64,000 nt of DNA from Eledone cirrhosa (taxonomy: Eukaryota), in assembly GCA_964016885.1 (NCBI GenBank), contig OZ024746.1:78368001-78432000 (forward strand), given 5' to 3'. Within the stretch, counting starts at the first letter, position 1. The number at the start of each line of letters is the position of its first letter. Below, in pieces: positions 1-14,197 of the stretch. The translations under genes were made by a program, and so were the position numbers. The notes beneath the pieces are model-generated. The model was not told the DNA's origin and did not search any database. It saw nothing but the letters and a program-made list of their open reading frames with translations.

Positions 1-1046
1 TCCCCCTCCCCGTCTGTCTCACCCTTCTTCCCCATCTTTCATACCCCACTCTCCTTCCCTCATTCTCTCTCTCTCTTCCTCCTTCCCTTCTTGTCTCTCC
101 AACCTTTTCCCCCCCATGTTTCCTTCCCCCATCTCCTCCTCCCCATCTCCACACCTCTCAATTACCTTACCCCCTCCCCCTCTCTATCTTTCCAACCCCA
201 CTTCGCCCCTCTCTCTCTCCCTTTCCTTTCCTCAATACCCCCCCTATAGCTCTTCTTCCCTCACTGTCTCTCTCCATCCTCTCTTATCTCTCTCTCTCTG
301 CCATTTCTTTTCTCTCCCTCTCTAACCTTTCATCGCTCTCTTCAACATCTCTCTCCAACCTCTCTTTCTCTCTCATCTCATCTCTCTCTCATCTCTCTTC
401 AACCTCTCATCTCTCTCTCCAACCCCCCTCTCTCATCTCTCTCTCCAACCCCCCTCTCTCATCTCTCTCATCTCTCTCTCCAACCCCCTTCTCTCATCTC
501 TCTCTCCAACCCCCCTCTCTCTCTCTCTCTTATCTCTCTCTCCAACCTCTCATCTCTCTTTCTTTAACCTATGTCTCTCATTTCTCTCCCTCCCTCCCAT
601 CTCTCTCTCTAAGCTCCCCCTCTCTCATCTCTCTCTCCAACCCCACCCTCTCTCTCATCTCTCTCTCCAAACCCCACCCTCTCTCTCATCTCTCTCTCCA
701 AACCCCACTCTCTCTCTCATCTCTCTCTCCAAACCCCACTCTCTCTCTCATCTCTCAGTCCAACCTCTCATCTCTCTTTCTTCAACCTCTGTCTCTCCCA
801 TCTCTCTCTCCAACCCGCCTCTCTCCCATCTCTCTCTCCAACCCGCCTCTCTCTCATCTCTCTCTCCAACCCGCCTCTCTCCCATCTCTCTCCAACCCGC
901 CTCTCTCTCTCTCTCTCTCTCCAACCCCTCTCTCTCTCTCTCCAACCTCTCATCTCTATTTTTTCAACCTCTGTCTCTCATTTCTCTCCCTCTCTCTCAT
1001 CTCCCTCTCCAACCCCTCTCTCTCTCATCTCTCCAACCTCTCTCTC
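1..1046. repeat. Polypyrimidine (CT)-rich tract with degenerate ~25-30 bp unit (ctctctctcatctctctctccaacccc)
   Basis: Almost purine-free + strand; recurrent catctctctctccaacc motif. Confidence 0.9.
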
Positions 1047-1244
1047 GTGTTCCTATAAAAATGTGTATATCTGTATATGCATCCATCGCTGTATATATTT
1101 GTTTTATGATGGATAAAACAATGTTCATCTCATTTTCTCACCCCCCCCCCATTCCTCATCTGTGCAACATCACCCTCCCTAAATTACCCTCACCATTAGC
1201 TTTACTGGCACCGCCTCCTCCGGCACCATAACCCAAACTATCAC

Positions 1245-1995
1245 AACTACCATCATCATCACCACTCCCAACACCACCGTCACCACCACCACCACCATTG
1301 CCACTGTCACCATTATCACCACTCCCAACACCACCACCATTGCCACTGTCACCATTATCACCACTCCTAACACCACCGTCACCACCACCACCACCATTGC
1401 CACTGTCACCTTTATCACCACTCCCAACACCACCATCACCACCACCACCATTTCCACTGTCACCATTATCACCACTCCCAACACCACCATCACCACCACC
1501 ACCATTGCCACTGTCACCATTATCACCACTCCCAACACCACCATCACCACCACCACCATTGCCACTGTCACCATTATCACCACTCCCAACACCACCGCCA
1601 CCACCACCACCATTGCCACTGTCACCATTATCACCACTCCCAACACCACCGTCACCACCACCACCATTGCCACTGTCACCATTATCACCACTCCCAACAC
1701 CACCGCCACCACCACCACCATTGCCACTGTCACCATTATCACCCCTCCCAACACCACCGTCACCACCACCACCACCACCATTGCCACTGTCACCATTATC
1801 ACCCCTCCCAACACCACCGTCACCACCACCACCATTGCCACTGTCACCATTATCACCACTCCCAACACCACCGTCACCACCACCACCATTACCACTGCCA
1901 CCGTCATCACCATCATCACCACCACCACCATTACCACTGCCACTATCATCATCACAGCCACAACACCACCATCACCACCATCACCACCACCAACA
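1245..1995. repeat. CAC-derived minisatellite, ~54 bp unit (accattgccactgtcaccattatcaccactcccaacaccaccgtcaccaccacc)
   Basis: Unit restarts at 1501 and 1555; length variants differ by multiples of 3. Confidence 0.9.
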
Positions 1996-2124
1996 ACAAC
2001 ACTGATGAAATGCATGCACTTGTTTAAAATGTTAAAATGCATTTTCAAGTAGACATGGCATAACATGTTCCCTCCCCGTACCATACACCCTACCAAACCT
2101 TCCTGCCTCCTCCTCTCATGCTGT

Positions 2125-2156
<32 letters not shown>

Positions 2157-2267
2157 GGTGGTGGTAGTAGTAGTAATAGTAGTAGCAGTAGCAGCAGCAG
2201 TAGTAGTAGTAGTAGCAGCAACAGTAGTAGTAGTAGTAGTAGTAGCAGCAGCAGTAGTAGCAGCAAC

Positions 2268-2299
<32 letters not shown>

Positions 2300-2651
2300 C
2301 AACAACAGTAGTAGTAGTAGCAGCAGTAGTAGCAGCAACAGTAGTAGCAGTAGTAGCAGCAGTAGTATAGTAGCAGCAGTAGCAGCAGCAGCAGCAGCAA
2401 CAGTAGTGGTAGTAGTAGTAGCAGCAGTAGTAGCAGCAGCAGTAGTAGTAGTAGTAGCAGCAGTAGTAGTAGTAGTAGTAGCAGCAACAGTAGTAGTAGT
2501 AGCAGCAGTAGTAGTAGTAGTAGTAGCAGCAGCAGCAGTAGTAGTAGTAGTAGTAGTAGCAACAACAGTAGTAGTAGTAGCAGCAGTAGTATAGTAGCAG
2601 TAGTAGTAGTAGCAGTAGTAGCAGCAGTAGTATAGTAGCAGTAGTAGTAGT

Positions 2652-2682
<31 letters not shown>

Positions 2683-2755
2683 GCAACAGTAGTGGTAGTA
2701 GTAGTAGCAGCAGTAGTAGCAGCAGCAGTAGTAGTCGTAGTAGTTGTAGTAGTAA
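2125..2755. repeat. Mixed (AGT)n/(AGC)n trinucleotide array
   Basis: Directly visible. Confidence 0.95.
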
Positions 2756-2861
2756 CTGTTGGGTGAGATTCTTTAACACCTCATGTCAATTCCTATTACA
2801 AGACATTGACAGTATTAAGATGCAGGAGGAACCTATCTATTTGCCTTTCAACCCAATTTAA

Positions 2862-3003
2862 GGGGGTTTTGTGGGGGGTTTCTAGGGCAGGCTTTTTGGG
2901 GGGTTTTTAGGGTTGGCTTTTGGGGGTGTTTCTAGGGATGGCTTTTTGGGGGGTTTCTAGGGCTGGCTTTTAGGGGGGTTTCTAGGGATGGCTTTTTGGG
3001 GTT
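2862..3003. repeat. G-rich 25 bp tandem repeat (ggggggtttctagggatggcttttt), ~5.5 copies
   Basis: t(c/t)taggg recurs at 2881, 2906, 2931, 2956 and 2981. Confidence 0.85.
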
Positions 3004-3367
3004 TAAAGTTTTTCTTTTGACTTTTGTTGTTATTGTGTTTACTTTTTATAGACTTGGTTGTTATTGAAGTTGTTGTTGCTGTAGTTGTTGTTGGTGGTGT
3101 TGTTGTTGGTGGTGGTGTTGTTGGTGGTTTTGTTGGTGGTGGTGTTTCTACTTATATATTGTTGTTGCTTGTACTTAAATGTTTTCTGTTGTTGTTGTTA
3201 TGTTGTTGTTGCTTGTACTGATAGTGGTGATGATAGTGGTGATGGCTGCTTCAACTTATTTTATTATTGCCTTATTTTGTTCCCTGCCCCCCCCCCCCCA
3301 TCAAATTTTTGTATCATATCTTGTTTGTGGGTTTATCATATTCACCCATACACTCTCTCTCTCTATC

Positions 3368-3538
3368 ACACACTCGCTCCCACACACATACACTCTCTCC
3401 CACACACATACACTCCCTCCCACACACATACACTCTCTCCCACACACATACACTCCCTCCCACACACATACACTCCCTCCCACACATATACACTCCCTCC
3501 CACACACATACACTCTCTCCCACACATATACACACTCT
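3368..3538. repeat. 20 bp minisatellite (cacacacatacactcyctcc)
   Basis: About 8 copies in exact 20 bp register. Confidence 0.9.
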
Positions 3539-3728
3539 GACCCTAACACACCAACAATATTTCTCTCTTGCTCTCTCTCTCTTTCTCTCATGCTTTAAAG
3601 AGCCACAACAGATCAGATACAGTCTTTGCTTACTGACCTCAATATTTCTATGGTAAAACTGATGTTAGACACTATGGCTCTGTCTGCAGCCAACAAACTT
3701 AACAAACTCTGGCTCAGACTATCTAGAC

Positions 3729-4278
3729 CAGAGGTTCTCAGACGTTTTGGGCCACTGCCCCCCCCCCCCCCCCCATGGCCACGTAATACCCTCGGTGCCC
3801 CCAACCCTACTTCCAAAGAGACTTCCCTACACGTAAATTGTGAATAATATATGATAAATAAAGTTGTTAATTTATATATAATTGTTTCTACTTTTGGCAC
3901 AAGGCCAGCAATTATTCCAGTTCATTACTGGTACTTTATTTTATCGACCCCGTAAGGATGTCGATAAAGGCAAAGTTAACCTCGGCGGGATTTGAACTCA
4001 GACCATAAAGGGGCGTAACTCTATGCTGCAAAACACGGCATCCGACCTTCTACCGATACTGCTAATCAATGAATAATATAATATATACTATGTATAAATA
4101 AATATTATATATTTTTTATTTTATTATATTTATATATAATATGTTTCATTTGATATTGAATATACTGTTATATCATCTCTACTGCCCGCTTGCCCCTTAG
4201 GCCCCAGTGCCAACCGGACCTTCTCAATGCCCCCCCCCCCCCCCCTGGTGGCTGTAGCACCCACTTTGAGAACCTCTG
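3729..4278. mobile_element. Non-autonomous hAT (Charlie-type) MITE containing a nested SINE
   Basis: 12 bp TIR CAGAGGTTCTCA (3729-3740) / TGAGAACCTCTG (4267-4278); 8 bp TSD atctagac (3721-3728) / atctagat (4279-4286), matching the NTCTAGAN target typical of Charlie elements. Confidence 0.85.
3878..4069 (-). mobile_element. tRNA-derived SINE family 1, nested in the hAT MITE
   Basis: Reverse complement has B box gagttcaaatccc and the central ttcatccttacggggtcgataaaataaagtaccag block; possible TSD tgaataatata at 3841 and 4070. Confidence 0.9.
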
Positions 4279-4361
4279 ATCTAGATGTAAATAGGTACTA
4301 TGTAGAGGTTTAGTTTACGCTCCCTGTAAACAGCAGAAGAGTGTATGATTTAAAAGTTTGT

Positions 4362-4685
4362 AGCTGTAAGTGGTTGGCTTTAGGAAGGGCATCCAGCTAT
4401 AGAAATCATACTATGATTTCTCTGGAACATATGAGCAAGGGTTGGTTATCTGACTTGCCTAGTCTCCGACCATGACAACCTGTCCAACCCATACCAGCAT
4501 AGAAAATGGATGGAAATCATCATCACTGTTTAACGTCCATTTTCCACACTAACATGGGTTAGACAGGTTGTCCCATTTTGAGACAAGTCAGATCAGATGA
4601 CTATGTCTTGCTCACACAGAACTGTTTCTAGCTTGGTTTCTACAGCTGGAAGCCCTTTCTAATGCCAAAATGGCCACTTTACAAG
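4362..4685. mobile_element. Two tail-to-tail copies of SINE family 2 (aggaagggcatccagc...gtccaacccatgc...(gat)n tail)
   Basis: + copy ~4362-4515 and - copy ~4517-4685 share the family motifs seen at 12787 and 61870. Confidence 0.75.
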
Positions 4686-5039
4686 GGATGGAAAACAATG
4701 ATGATGATGATGATGAGTCCTGTACAATGATGATGTGTGTGATGATGTTTGCTTGATCAAAGAGGTGCCATTGGAGAATTCACCATCTTCGTGTAGTGTG
4801 TCACAATCAAATATCCAATCAGCTTCATTCCTCCCTCCCTCCAGCTTCTAACCACATGAGAAAAGGATTTGAACTCATTATAGGCAACTAACAAGACATT
4901 CTTGTGTTAGTTTCACTGTGCTGCCACTGCAGCTGTCGTTGCTGTTAGTGCCAATGATGATGATGATAGTACAGAGTTTAAACCAAACCTGCCCAGAGTA
5001 ATCTTTTTTAGGGAATGAGTTGTGCAAGTCTGACATACG

Positions 5040-5413
5040 TTAACACTTTCAATATTAAACCACCAAAAACCACCCTTGGTTCCATGATACAAAACTATTT
5101 ATTATTTGTGTATATATTCAATATTTATCTAAATACATGCCGTCATAATTTTATGTAATAACTTGTGTTAAGTTATGTTCCAGACATCAGCTTAATAACG
5201 AGGAAGTTGGTTATTTTACGAAATTGCTCCAAATTCTTGATTATTTTCAAAATTATTTGAAAATCATACACAGTGTCTCTCATTAGAAATATGGTAATGA
5301 AATGGTTAAAATGCTTATATTCATCTAAAAACCTTCCGTCAATTTTTATGTAAGAACTTATGTTAAGTTATGTTCCAAACACCAGCTTAGAAATATGGTA
5401 ACGAACAGTTTAA
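5040..5413. mobile_element. TTAA-bounded MITE family D (piggyBac-like), one full copy plus a tandem partial
   Basis: ttaacactttc...gaaatggttaa termini; internal gttaagttatgttccaaacaccagctt recurs at 5166, 5361, 8975, 9436, 15687 and (reversed) 30925. Confidence 0.6.
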
Positions 5414-5513
5414 ATATAGTATACAAAGACTCCAGTGATATATATCTCTGCAGATTGAAATGGTTGGTTACAGCTGTTCACCACCTTCTACATGTATTAT
5501 TTATATGATTTGT

Positions 5514-5877
5514 AGGGTGGTGGATTGGCAGAATCGGTAGAGCATCGGACACCATGCTCTGCAGCATAGAGTTACGGCTCTTTACAGTCTGAGTTCAAAT
5601 CCCACTGAGGTTAACTTCAACTTTCCCCTCTCCCCAAATTACTGGCCTTGTGCCTATACTAGAAATCATTATTTATACGGTTTTAAGGCGATGGATTGGC
5701 AATATCGGTAGAGGGTCGGACGCCATGCTTTGCAGCAAAGAGTTACGGCGCTTTACGATCTGAGTTCAAATCCCTCCGAGGTTAACTTTGCCTTTCATCC
5801 TTACGGGGGTCGATAAAATAAAGTACCAGTAACGTACTGGTTAATTGCTGGCCTTGTGCCAAAAGTAGAAACAATTA
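5514..5877 (+). mobile_element. Tandem pair of SINE family 1 (first copy internally deleted)
   Basis: A-box-like tggcagaatcgg / tggcaatatcgg and B box gagttcaaatccc in both copies; atttatay(g/a)ttt TSD-like motif before, between and after them. Confidence 0.9.
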
Positions 5878-6041
5878 TTTATATGGTTTGTGAAAGAAGT
5901 TTCCAGAAGACTACAATCCCCATCAAAATATTTCAATATATCTTAATGTAATATAAGAAACATATAAGAAACCAATATATCATAATCTAGAGGATATAGT
6001 AATTTATTCAGAATTGATAGTAGTGCTGACTCCACCACAAC

Positions 6042-6311
6042 GTGCACTCAATACTCTCTGAAAAGTGGTTAATGTTAGGAGGGCATCCAACCATAGAAAT
6101 CATGCCAACATATGGAATGTGCAAGATGTGGTTCTCCAAGTCGTCTAGCCTCAGACCATGACAACCCATCCAACCTATTCCAGCATGAAAAATGGATGCA
6201 GAATGATGATGATGATGAATCCCTTACAATTGTACAAGTGTTTGCAATATATCAATATCATCATCATCATCCTCGTTTAACGTGCACTTTCCACGCTAGC
6301 ATTGGTTAGAC
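6042..6311. mobile_element. SINE family 2 3' portion (+) followed by a short inverted 3' end (-)
   Basis: gggcatccaaccatagaaa...(gat)n to 6218; (cat)n cctcgtttaacgtgcactttccacgctagc at 6258-6311. Confidence 0.7.
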
Positions 6312-6344
<33 letters not shown>

Positions 6345-7276
6345 ATGTGTGGAAATATATATATATATATATATATGCATGTGTGTGTGTATATATGTGT
6401 AATCAGTCAGTTTCAGACGTTACTGGTGCATTTCCTGATTAATATGTGTATAGTTTTCAGGTTGAGTGGGTGTATAGTAAAAAAAAAAAATAGTAAAGAG
6501 AATAAGTAGTAGTAGTAGTAGCGGTGGTGGTAGTGGTAGAAGCAGTAGTAGTAGTAGTGGTGGTGGTGGTGGTAGTAGTAGTAGCAGCAATAGTAGTAGT
6601 AGTAGTAGTAGGTAGTGGTGTTGGCAGTGTCTGGTGTTGAAGTAGGTTGCCTGAAATCTTTCCTGTAAGCCATATACATTGATTTAGCTCAGGTGCAATA
6701 CTCTATGTACTTGTGTGTGTGTATGTATGTGCATGTGCTTGTGTATATGTCTTTGTGTATGTGTGTATTCCTGTGCATGTTGTTAATGTTGCTTGCTTGT
6801 TTTGTTTTGTGTTTTGTTGTTTTTTTTTCCTTTCTTCTACTTCTTTGGTTTTTTTTTGTTGTTGTTGTTTTTTGTTATTTAAGGCTCTTTGATGACTGCT
6901 AAAAATATACTAAATATAATTGTTCACTAATTAGTTGTTGAGACAGTAAAGAAGAAGAAGGAAGGAAGGAAGGAAGGAAGAAAAAGTGGGTGGGTGGTGG
7001 CGACAGCAGTTGATATATCAGTGTATGTGGGGCAGCAGTTATTATTGTTCATTCTTCTTCATCAGTGGTGGTGGTGGTGGTGGTGGTGGTGGTGGAGATG
7101 GAGACTGCAGCAGAGATGTTTATGGTGGGGATGGTGGCAGTAGAGGTGGTGGTGGTAGTGGCAGTGGGGCAGCAGCTGTGGGAGATTGCAGCAAGGATGT
7201 TTGTGGTTGTGATGGTGATGGTGGCAATGGTGCTGATGTTGGCTATGCGAATGATGGTCGTGGTGGTTGTGTGAAT

Positions 7277-8537
7277 GGTCAGGGCCAGTGCAATGTAGGG
7301 TGAGGCTATAGTGGGGTGTGTTGCAATAGAGCAGGCCATAGTCAGGGCCAGTGTAATGTAGGGTGAGGTCATAGTGGGGTGTGTTGCAATAGAGCAGGCC
7401 ATGGTCAGGGTCAGTGTAATGTAGGGTGAGGTCATAGTGGGGTGTGTTGCAATAGAGCAGGCCATGGTCAGGGTCAGTGTAATGTAGGGTGAGGTCATAG
7501 TGGGGTGTGTTGCAATAGAGCAGGCCATGGTCAGGGTCAGTGTAATGTAGGGTGAGGCTATAGTGGGGTGTGTTGCAATAGAGCAGGCCATGGTCAGGGT
7601 CAGTGTAATGTAGGGTGAGGCCATAGTGGGGTGTGTTGCAATAAAGCAGGCCATGGTCAGGGTCAGTGTAATGTAGGGTGAGGTCATAGTGGGGTGTGTT
7701 GCAATAGAGCAGGCCATGGTCAGGGTCAGTGTAATGTAGGGTGAGGTCATAGTGGGGTGTGTTGCAATAGAGCAGGCCATGGTCAGGGTCAGTGTAATGT
7801 AGGGTGAGGCTATAGTGGGGTGTGTTGCAATAGAGCAGGCCATGGTCAGGGTCAGTGTAATGTAGGGTGAGGTCATAGTGGGGTGTGTTGCAATAGAGCA
7901 GGCCATGGTCAGGGTCAGTGTAATGTAGGGTGAGGTCATAGTGGGGTGTGTTGCAATAGAGCAGGCCATGGTCAGGGTCAGTGTAATGTAGGGTGAGGCT
8001 ATAGTGGGGTGTGTTGCAATAGAGCAGGCCATGGTCAGGGTCAGTGTAATGTAGGGTGAGGCCATAGTGGGGTGTGTTGCAATAAAGCAGGCCATGGTCA
8101 GGGTCAGTGTAATGTAGGGTGAGGTCATAGTGGGGTGTGTTGCAATAGAGCAGGCCATGGTCAGGGTCAGTGTAATGTAGGGTGAGGTCATAGTGGGGTG
8201 TGTTGCAATAGAGCAGGCCATGGTCAGGGTCAGTGTAATGTAGGGTGAGGCTATAGTGGGGTGTGTTGCAATAGAGCAGGCCATGGTCAGGGTCAGTGTA
8301 ATGTAGGGTGAGGTCATAGTGGGGTGTGTTGCAATAGAGCAGGCCATGGTCAGGGTCAGTGTAATGTAGGGTGAGGCTATAGTAGAGTGTGTTGCAATAG
8401 AGCAGGCCATGGTCAGGGTCAGTGTAATGTAGGGTGAGGTCATAGTGGGGTGTGTTGCAATAGAGCAGACCATGGTCAGGGCCAGTGTAATGTAGGGTGA
8501 GGCCATAGTAGGGCATGTTGCAATAGAGCAGGCCATG
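7277..8537. repeat. 63 bp minisatellite, ~20 near-identical copies
   Basis: gtgttgcaat recurs at 7381, 7444 and onward; unit gtcagggtcagtgtaatgtagggtgaggtcatagtggggtgtgttgcaatagagcaggccatg. Confidence 0.97.
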
Positions 8538-8764
8538 ACCCCAACAAGTGTGAAGGAGGTTTATAGAACAGGGTCAAGTAAACTGGAGTAGAATAAGGGA
8601 AAGGTATGATAAATTATGTTAACACCTTTGATACCAAAACACCCCTGCATCTATGATACAAAGTTGTTTCATTTAAAGTGTTTATCATCATCATCATCAT
8701 TTTACGTCCGCTTTTCCCTGCTTGCAACGGTGTTTATATTTATCTAAACACCTTCCATCATAAT

Positions 8765-8946
8765 TGTTTCTACTTTAGGCACAAGGCCAGCAATTATCCC
8801 AGTTCATTACTGGTACTTTATTTTATCGACCCCGTAAGGATGAAAGGCAAAGTCAACCTCGGCGGGATTTGAACTCAGATCGTAAAGGGACGTAACTATG
8901 CTGGAAAGCATGGCGTCCGACCCTCTACCGATACTGCCAATCCACC
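8765..8946 (-). mobile_element. SINE family 1, young full-length copy
   Basis: Near-consensus sequence; 16 bp TSD caccttccatcataat at 8749-8764 and 8947-8962. Confidence 0.95.
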
Positions 8947-9099
8947 CACCTTCCATCATAATACAAGGCTATTGGTTAAACTATATGCCAAACACCAGAG
9001 AAATAATGAAAAGCTTAGTTATATGACTAAATCTCTCAAAATTTTTGGTTATTTTTGAAATCATGTGAAAATCATAGGCAGTCTTTCATTAGAAATGTA

Positions 9100-9225
9100 A
9101 TGGTTTCTGATTTAGGTACAAGGCCAATAATTATAGTGTGTGTGTGTGGGGGGGGGCAATTAAATCGACCCCAGTGCATTACTGGTGCTTTATTTCATCA
9201 ACCCCGTAAGGATGAAAGGCAAAGC
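9100..9225 (-). mobile_element. SINE family 1, 3' half
   Basis: acaaggcc...cagtgcattactgg...gtaaggatgaaaggcaaag. Confidence 0.8.
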
Positions 9226-9912
9226 ATTAGAAATATAATGAAAAGATTAAAGTGTTTATATTTATCTAAAAGCCATACATCATAATTTTCATGTAATTAC
9301 CGTTAAGATCTGTCCCAAACACTAAATAACTAATGAAACATTTGGTTATATTGATAAATTGCTCTAAATTCTTGATATTTAAAGTGTTTATATTTATCTA
9401 AAAACTTTCCATCATAACTTCTATGTAAGAACCTTTGTTAAATTATGCTCCAAATACCAGAAAAATACTGGTGGATGCTAGTTATATTACTAAATTCTTG
9501 AAATCATTTGAAGACCAATGGCAGGATAGGTTGTTATAGTTATGATAACAAAAGGGGACAAAAGTATGGAGCAGGGGTGGGGAAATCTTGGTCTTAAATC
9601 AACATTTTAATGATAATCAGTGAAAAATATCAGCTGCTCTTCTCTCTCTCGCTCGCTCCCCTCTCTCTCTTGTCTTCATTCTCTCTCTCTCTCTTTCTCT
9701 CTGTCCCCTTCTCTCTCTCTTTCCTTCTCTCTGTCCCCTTCTCTCTCTCTTTCCTTCTCTCTGTCCCCTTCTCTCTCTCTCTCTCTCTATTCTTCCTTTA
9801 ATATACCCAATCTTGTTTTTACCACCACACCTCACACTCGCACCCCCACCTTCCCTCAGTTTCCACCTATCTTTTGTAACAGCCACCTCAACACACACAC
9901 ACACACACATAA

Positions 9913-9949
<37 letters not shown>

Positions 9950-10084
9950 AATACACACACACACACACACACTCACAAATACACACCAGAATTCTTTTTC
10001 GATCCATTTTTCAACTTCAACCTCTCCCACTTTGTTCTCGTTCATTCTCTCTCTTTACCCACCTTTCCTACCCACTCAACTTTC

Positions 10085-10830
10085 CTCCACTATCACCATC
10101 ACCACCTCCACTGCCACCATCACCACTACCAAACCACTACCAACATCACCACCATCTCCACCACCACTGCCACCATCACCACCACCGCTACCAACATCAC
10201 AACCACTAGCACCACTACCACCACCACCACTACCACCACTATCACCACCACTACCACCACTACCACCACCACCACCACCACCACTACCACCACCACCACC
10301 ACTACCACCACTATCACCACCACCACCACTACCACCAACATCACCATCATCACTACCACCACTATCAACACCACCACCACTACCACCACTACCACCACCA
10401 CCACCACTATCACCACCACTACCACCACCACTATCACCACCACTACCACCACCACTATCACCACCGCCACCACTACCACCACAACCACCACTAGCAGCAT
10501 CACCACCACTACCACCACCAACACCACTATCACCACCACCATTACCACCACTACCAGCATCACCACCACTGCCACCACCAACACCACTATCACCACCACC
10601 ATTACCACCACCACCACTACCACCATTACCACCACCACCACCATCACCATCACCACCATTATCACTACCACCACCATTACCACCACCACCACCACCACCA
10701 CTACCACCATCACCCCCAACACCCCCACCACCACTACCACCGTCACCACCACCACTACCCCCACCACTACCGCAACCACCACTACCACCACCACCACTAC
10801 CACCATCACCACCACCACCACGACTACCCC
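10085..10830. repeat. Degenerate (CAC/CTA)n array
   Basis: Directly visible. Confidence 0.9.
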
Positions 10831-10939
10831 CCCCCCCCGAAACAAAAAACAAATTTAGAAAAGTAAATTAATATATTTATTTTGTCTCAATTATATTTTC
10901 TCTGTATTTTCTGTGTTTTTTTTTATATTACATTATATT

Positions 10940-12250
<1,311 letters not shown>

Positions 12251-12609
12251 TATTTGTATTTCCCCCCCATCCCTTCTCCCTCCACTAGGTTTTCTTGTCT
12301 AATTATCTCCGTCGACTAATTGACATGTTTTCATCTACTAGCTGGTGACTAAGTGCACCATCCCTTTGTTGTTGCATCTGCAGCAAGTCTTCTGGCGAAC
12401 ACTCTGCTTCTTTTTCTGATCACTTTCATCTTAATCTCCTGCTAAATGTGCATGTGTGTGCATGTGTCGGTGTTGGTGTGTGCATGTGTCTTTGTCTGTA
12501 TGTGGATGTGTGTGTGTGTGGATGTCTGTCTCTGTGTGTGTCTATGTGTGTGTATTGAGTGTGTGTATGTGTTAGTAGGTGTGTTTGGTTGCTACATGTA
12601 TACATGTGC

Positions 12610-12642
<33 letters not shown>

Positions 12643-12685
12643 AATTTGTTGTTATATACACGTATATACAAACAGACAACATACA

Positions 12686-12716
<31 letters not shown>

Positions 12717-12725
12717 TAGACAGAA

Positions 12726-12786
<61 letters not shown>

Positions 12787-12789
<3 letters not shown>

Positions 12790-13070
12790 TCATCATCATC
12801 ACCGTTTTACGTTCGTTCTTCCACGCTAGCATGGGTTAGACGGGTTGTCCTGTTGTGGGCAGTGTCCGGTCGGCTGACCTTGTCTTGCTCATACGGGAAC
12901 TGATTCTGGCTTGATTTCTACAGCTGGATGCCCTTCCTAACATCAACCTCATTTACAGTGAGTGCTGGGTGCTTTTTTACCGTGGCACCTACACGCCCAC
13001 TTTACAGTATGGGCTGGGTGCTTTTTTTACCGTGGTACCTACACGCCCACTTTACAGTGGGAGGGTGTGG
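12787..13070 (-). mobile_element. SINE family 2 with an internal ~50 bp tandem duplication
   Basis: (cat)n tail; tttctacagctggatgcccttcctaac; gctgggtgctttttt accgtgg...cctacacgcccactttacagt occurs twice. Confidence 0.85.
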
Positions 13071-13195
13071 GGGCATATTGTCTATATATATATATAAGAA
13101 AAACATGTAGCAAATCCAATCAGAATGTCTTTCAGAGCATAAAAGTCTAACAGAGTGTTCTATGAGTTTTAGTGCAGTTTAAACTGTCTACTATA

Positions 13196-13236
<41 letters not shown>

Positions 13237-13610
13237 GAAAGTCAGTGGCTGACAGCTTAGCTCTTTCCCTACTATATTTACACTCTGCTATCCCAAGTGT
13301 TGAGTACTTTGGTGAGTAATAGTTTAAAACTGGTAAGATCCAGATTTATGTGTGTGTGTGTGTGTGTGTGTATAGTGAGAGAGAGATCAAATTAATTAAA
13401 AGAATATGAGGCTAGATTGGCGATATGCTTATAAAGATTTATTGGTGCAAAAAGCATGATATATATTTCAAAGGAATTACGGCAAACACAAACAGAATAG
13501 AAAAAACATTTGATTTAGAGATGGTCCGTAAAATTGCTGTCATTGTTGCAGCAGACCATCTCTGGGTGTTTGACGACGCAGTTCCTTTCATTGATTAACT
13601 AATTATGCAA

Positions 13611-13668
13611 TCCACATCTGATGATGCCGCCAAGGTCTTTCGCAACCAGGCCATTGAAATATATATAG
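13611..13668 (+). ncRNA. Degenerate type I hammerhead-like motif in a probable Penelope-like pLTR fragment (~13380-13790)
   Basis: CTGATGA at 13618-13624, GAAA at 13656-13659, palindromic TATATATA stem/loop III, downstream AATAAA; stem I is not preserved. Confidence 0.5.
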
Positions 13669-13810
13669 TTTTTTTTTTGCAACAATAAAACTTTAAATGG
13701 ATATCTCTAGTCCATCCTCCTTTTGTTTTAACTGAATAAATATTTAACTCTATTCTTGCACCAGCCACGGGATTCAATATCACATACTTACACACACACA
13801 CACACGTGTG

Positions 13811-13842
<32 letters not shown>

Positions 13843-13899
13843 TGTGTGTGTATATATATACACACACACACGTGTGTATATATATATATATACACACAC

Positions 13900-13952
<53 letters not shown>

Positions 13953-14049
13953 CAGTCAATCAACTTTCATCAAATTGGACTGAGGAAACAATGTTTCCAT
14001 TGGTATTTCCAATTACTAATACTGTCTATTGGTCACAACTCCAGGTAGA

Positions 14050-14168
14050 AGGAGGAATGTGAAATAAAGTGTCTTGCTCAAGGACATAACGCATCGCCTT
14101 GTCCAGGAATCGAACTCACGACCTCACGATTGTGAATCCAATTCTCTAACCACTCAGCCACGCGCTTT
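14050..14168 (-). mobile_element. SINE family 3 head (tRNA-like plus CORE-like gtccttgagcaagacacttt)
   Basis: gtgaaataaagtgtcttgctcaaggac...ggaatcgaactc...aaccactcagccac; related copies near 16430-16570, 36500-36590, 41890-42138, 42836-43015, 44935-45032 and 55820-55930. Confidence 0.8.
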
Positions 14169-14197
14169 CACATATGTTTGTATATATATATATATAA

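Larger units (their letters stand above)
8619..9560. mobile_element. Degenerate tandem MITE family D segments with nested SINEs
   Basis: Repeated aaagtgtttatatttatctaaa...ccatcataa motif at 8676/8730, 9249 and 9381. Confidence 0.55.

Noticed and set aside
1052-1061. TATA box (ctataaaaat) after the CT tract
   Set aside because: Common by chance in AT-rich DNA, with no supported downstream gene.
2881-2990. Interstitial telomere
   Set aside because: No tandem (TTAGGG)n; only isolated hexamer-like cores in a 25 bp unit.
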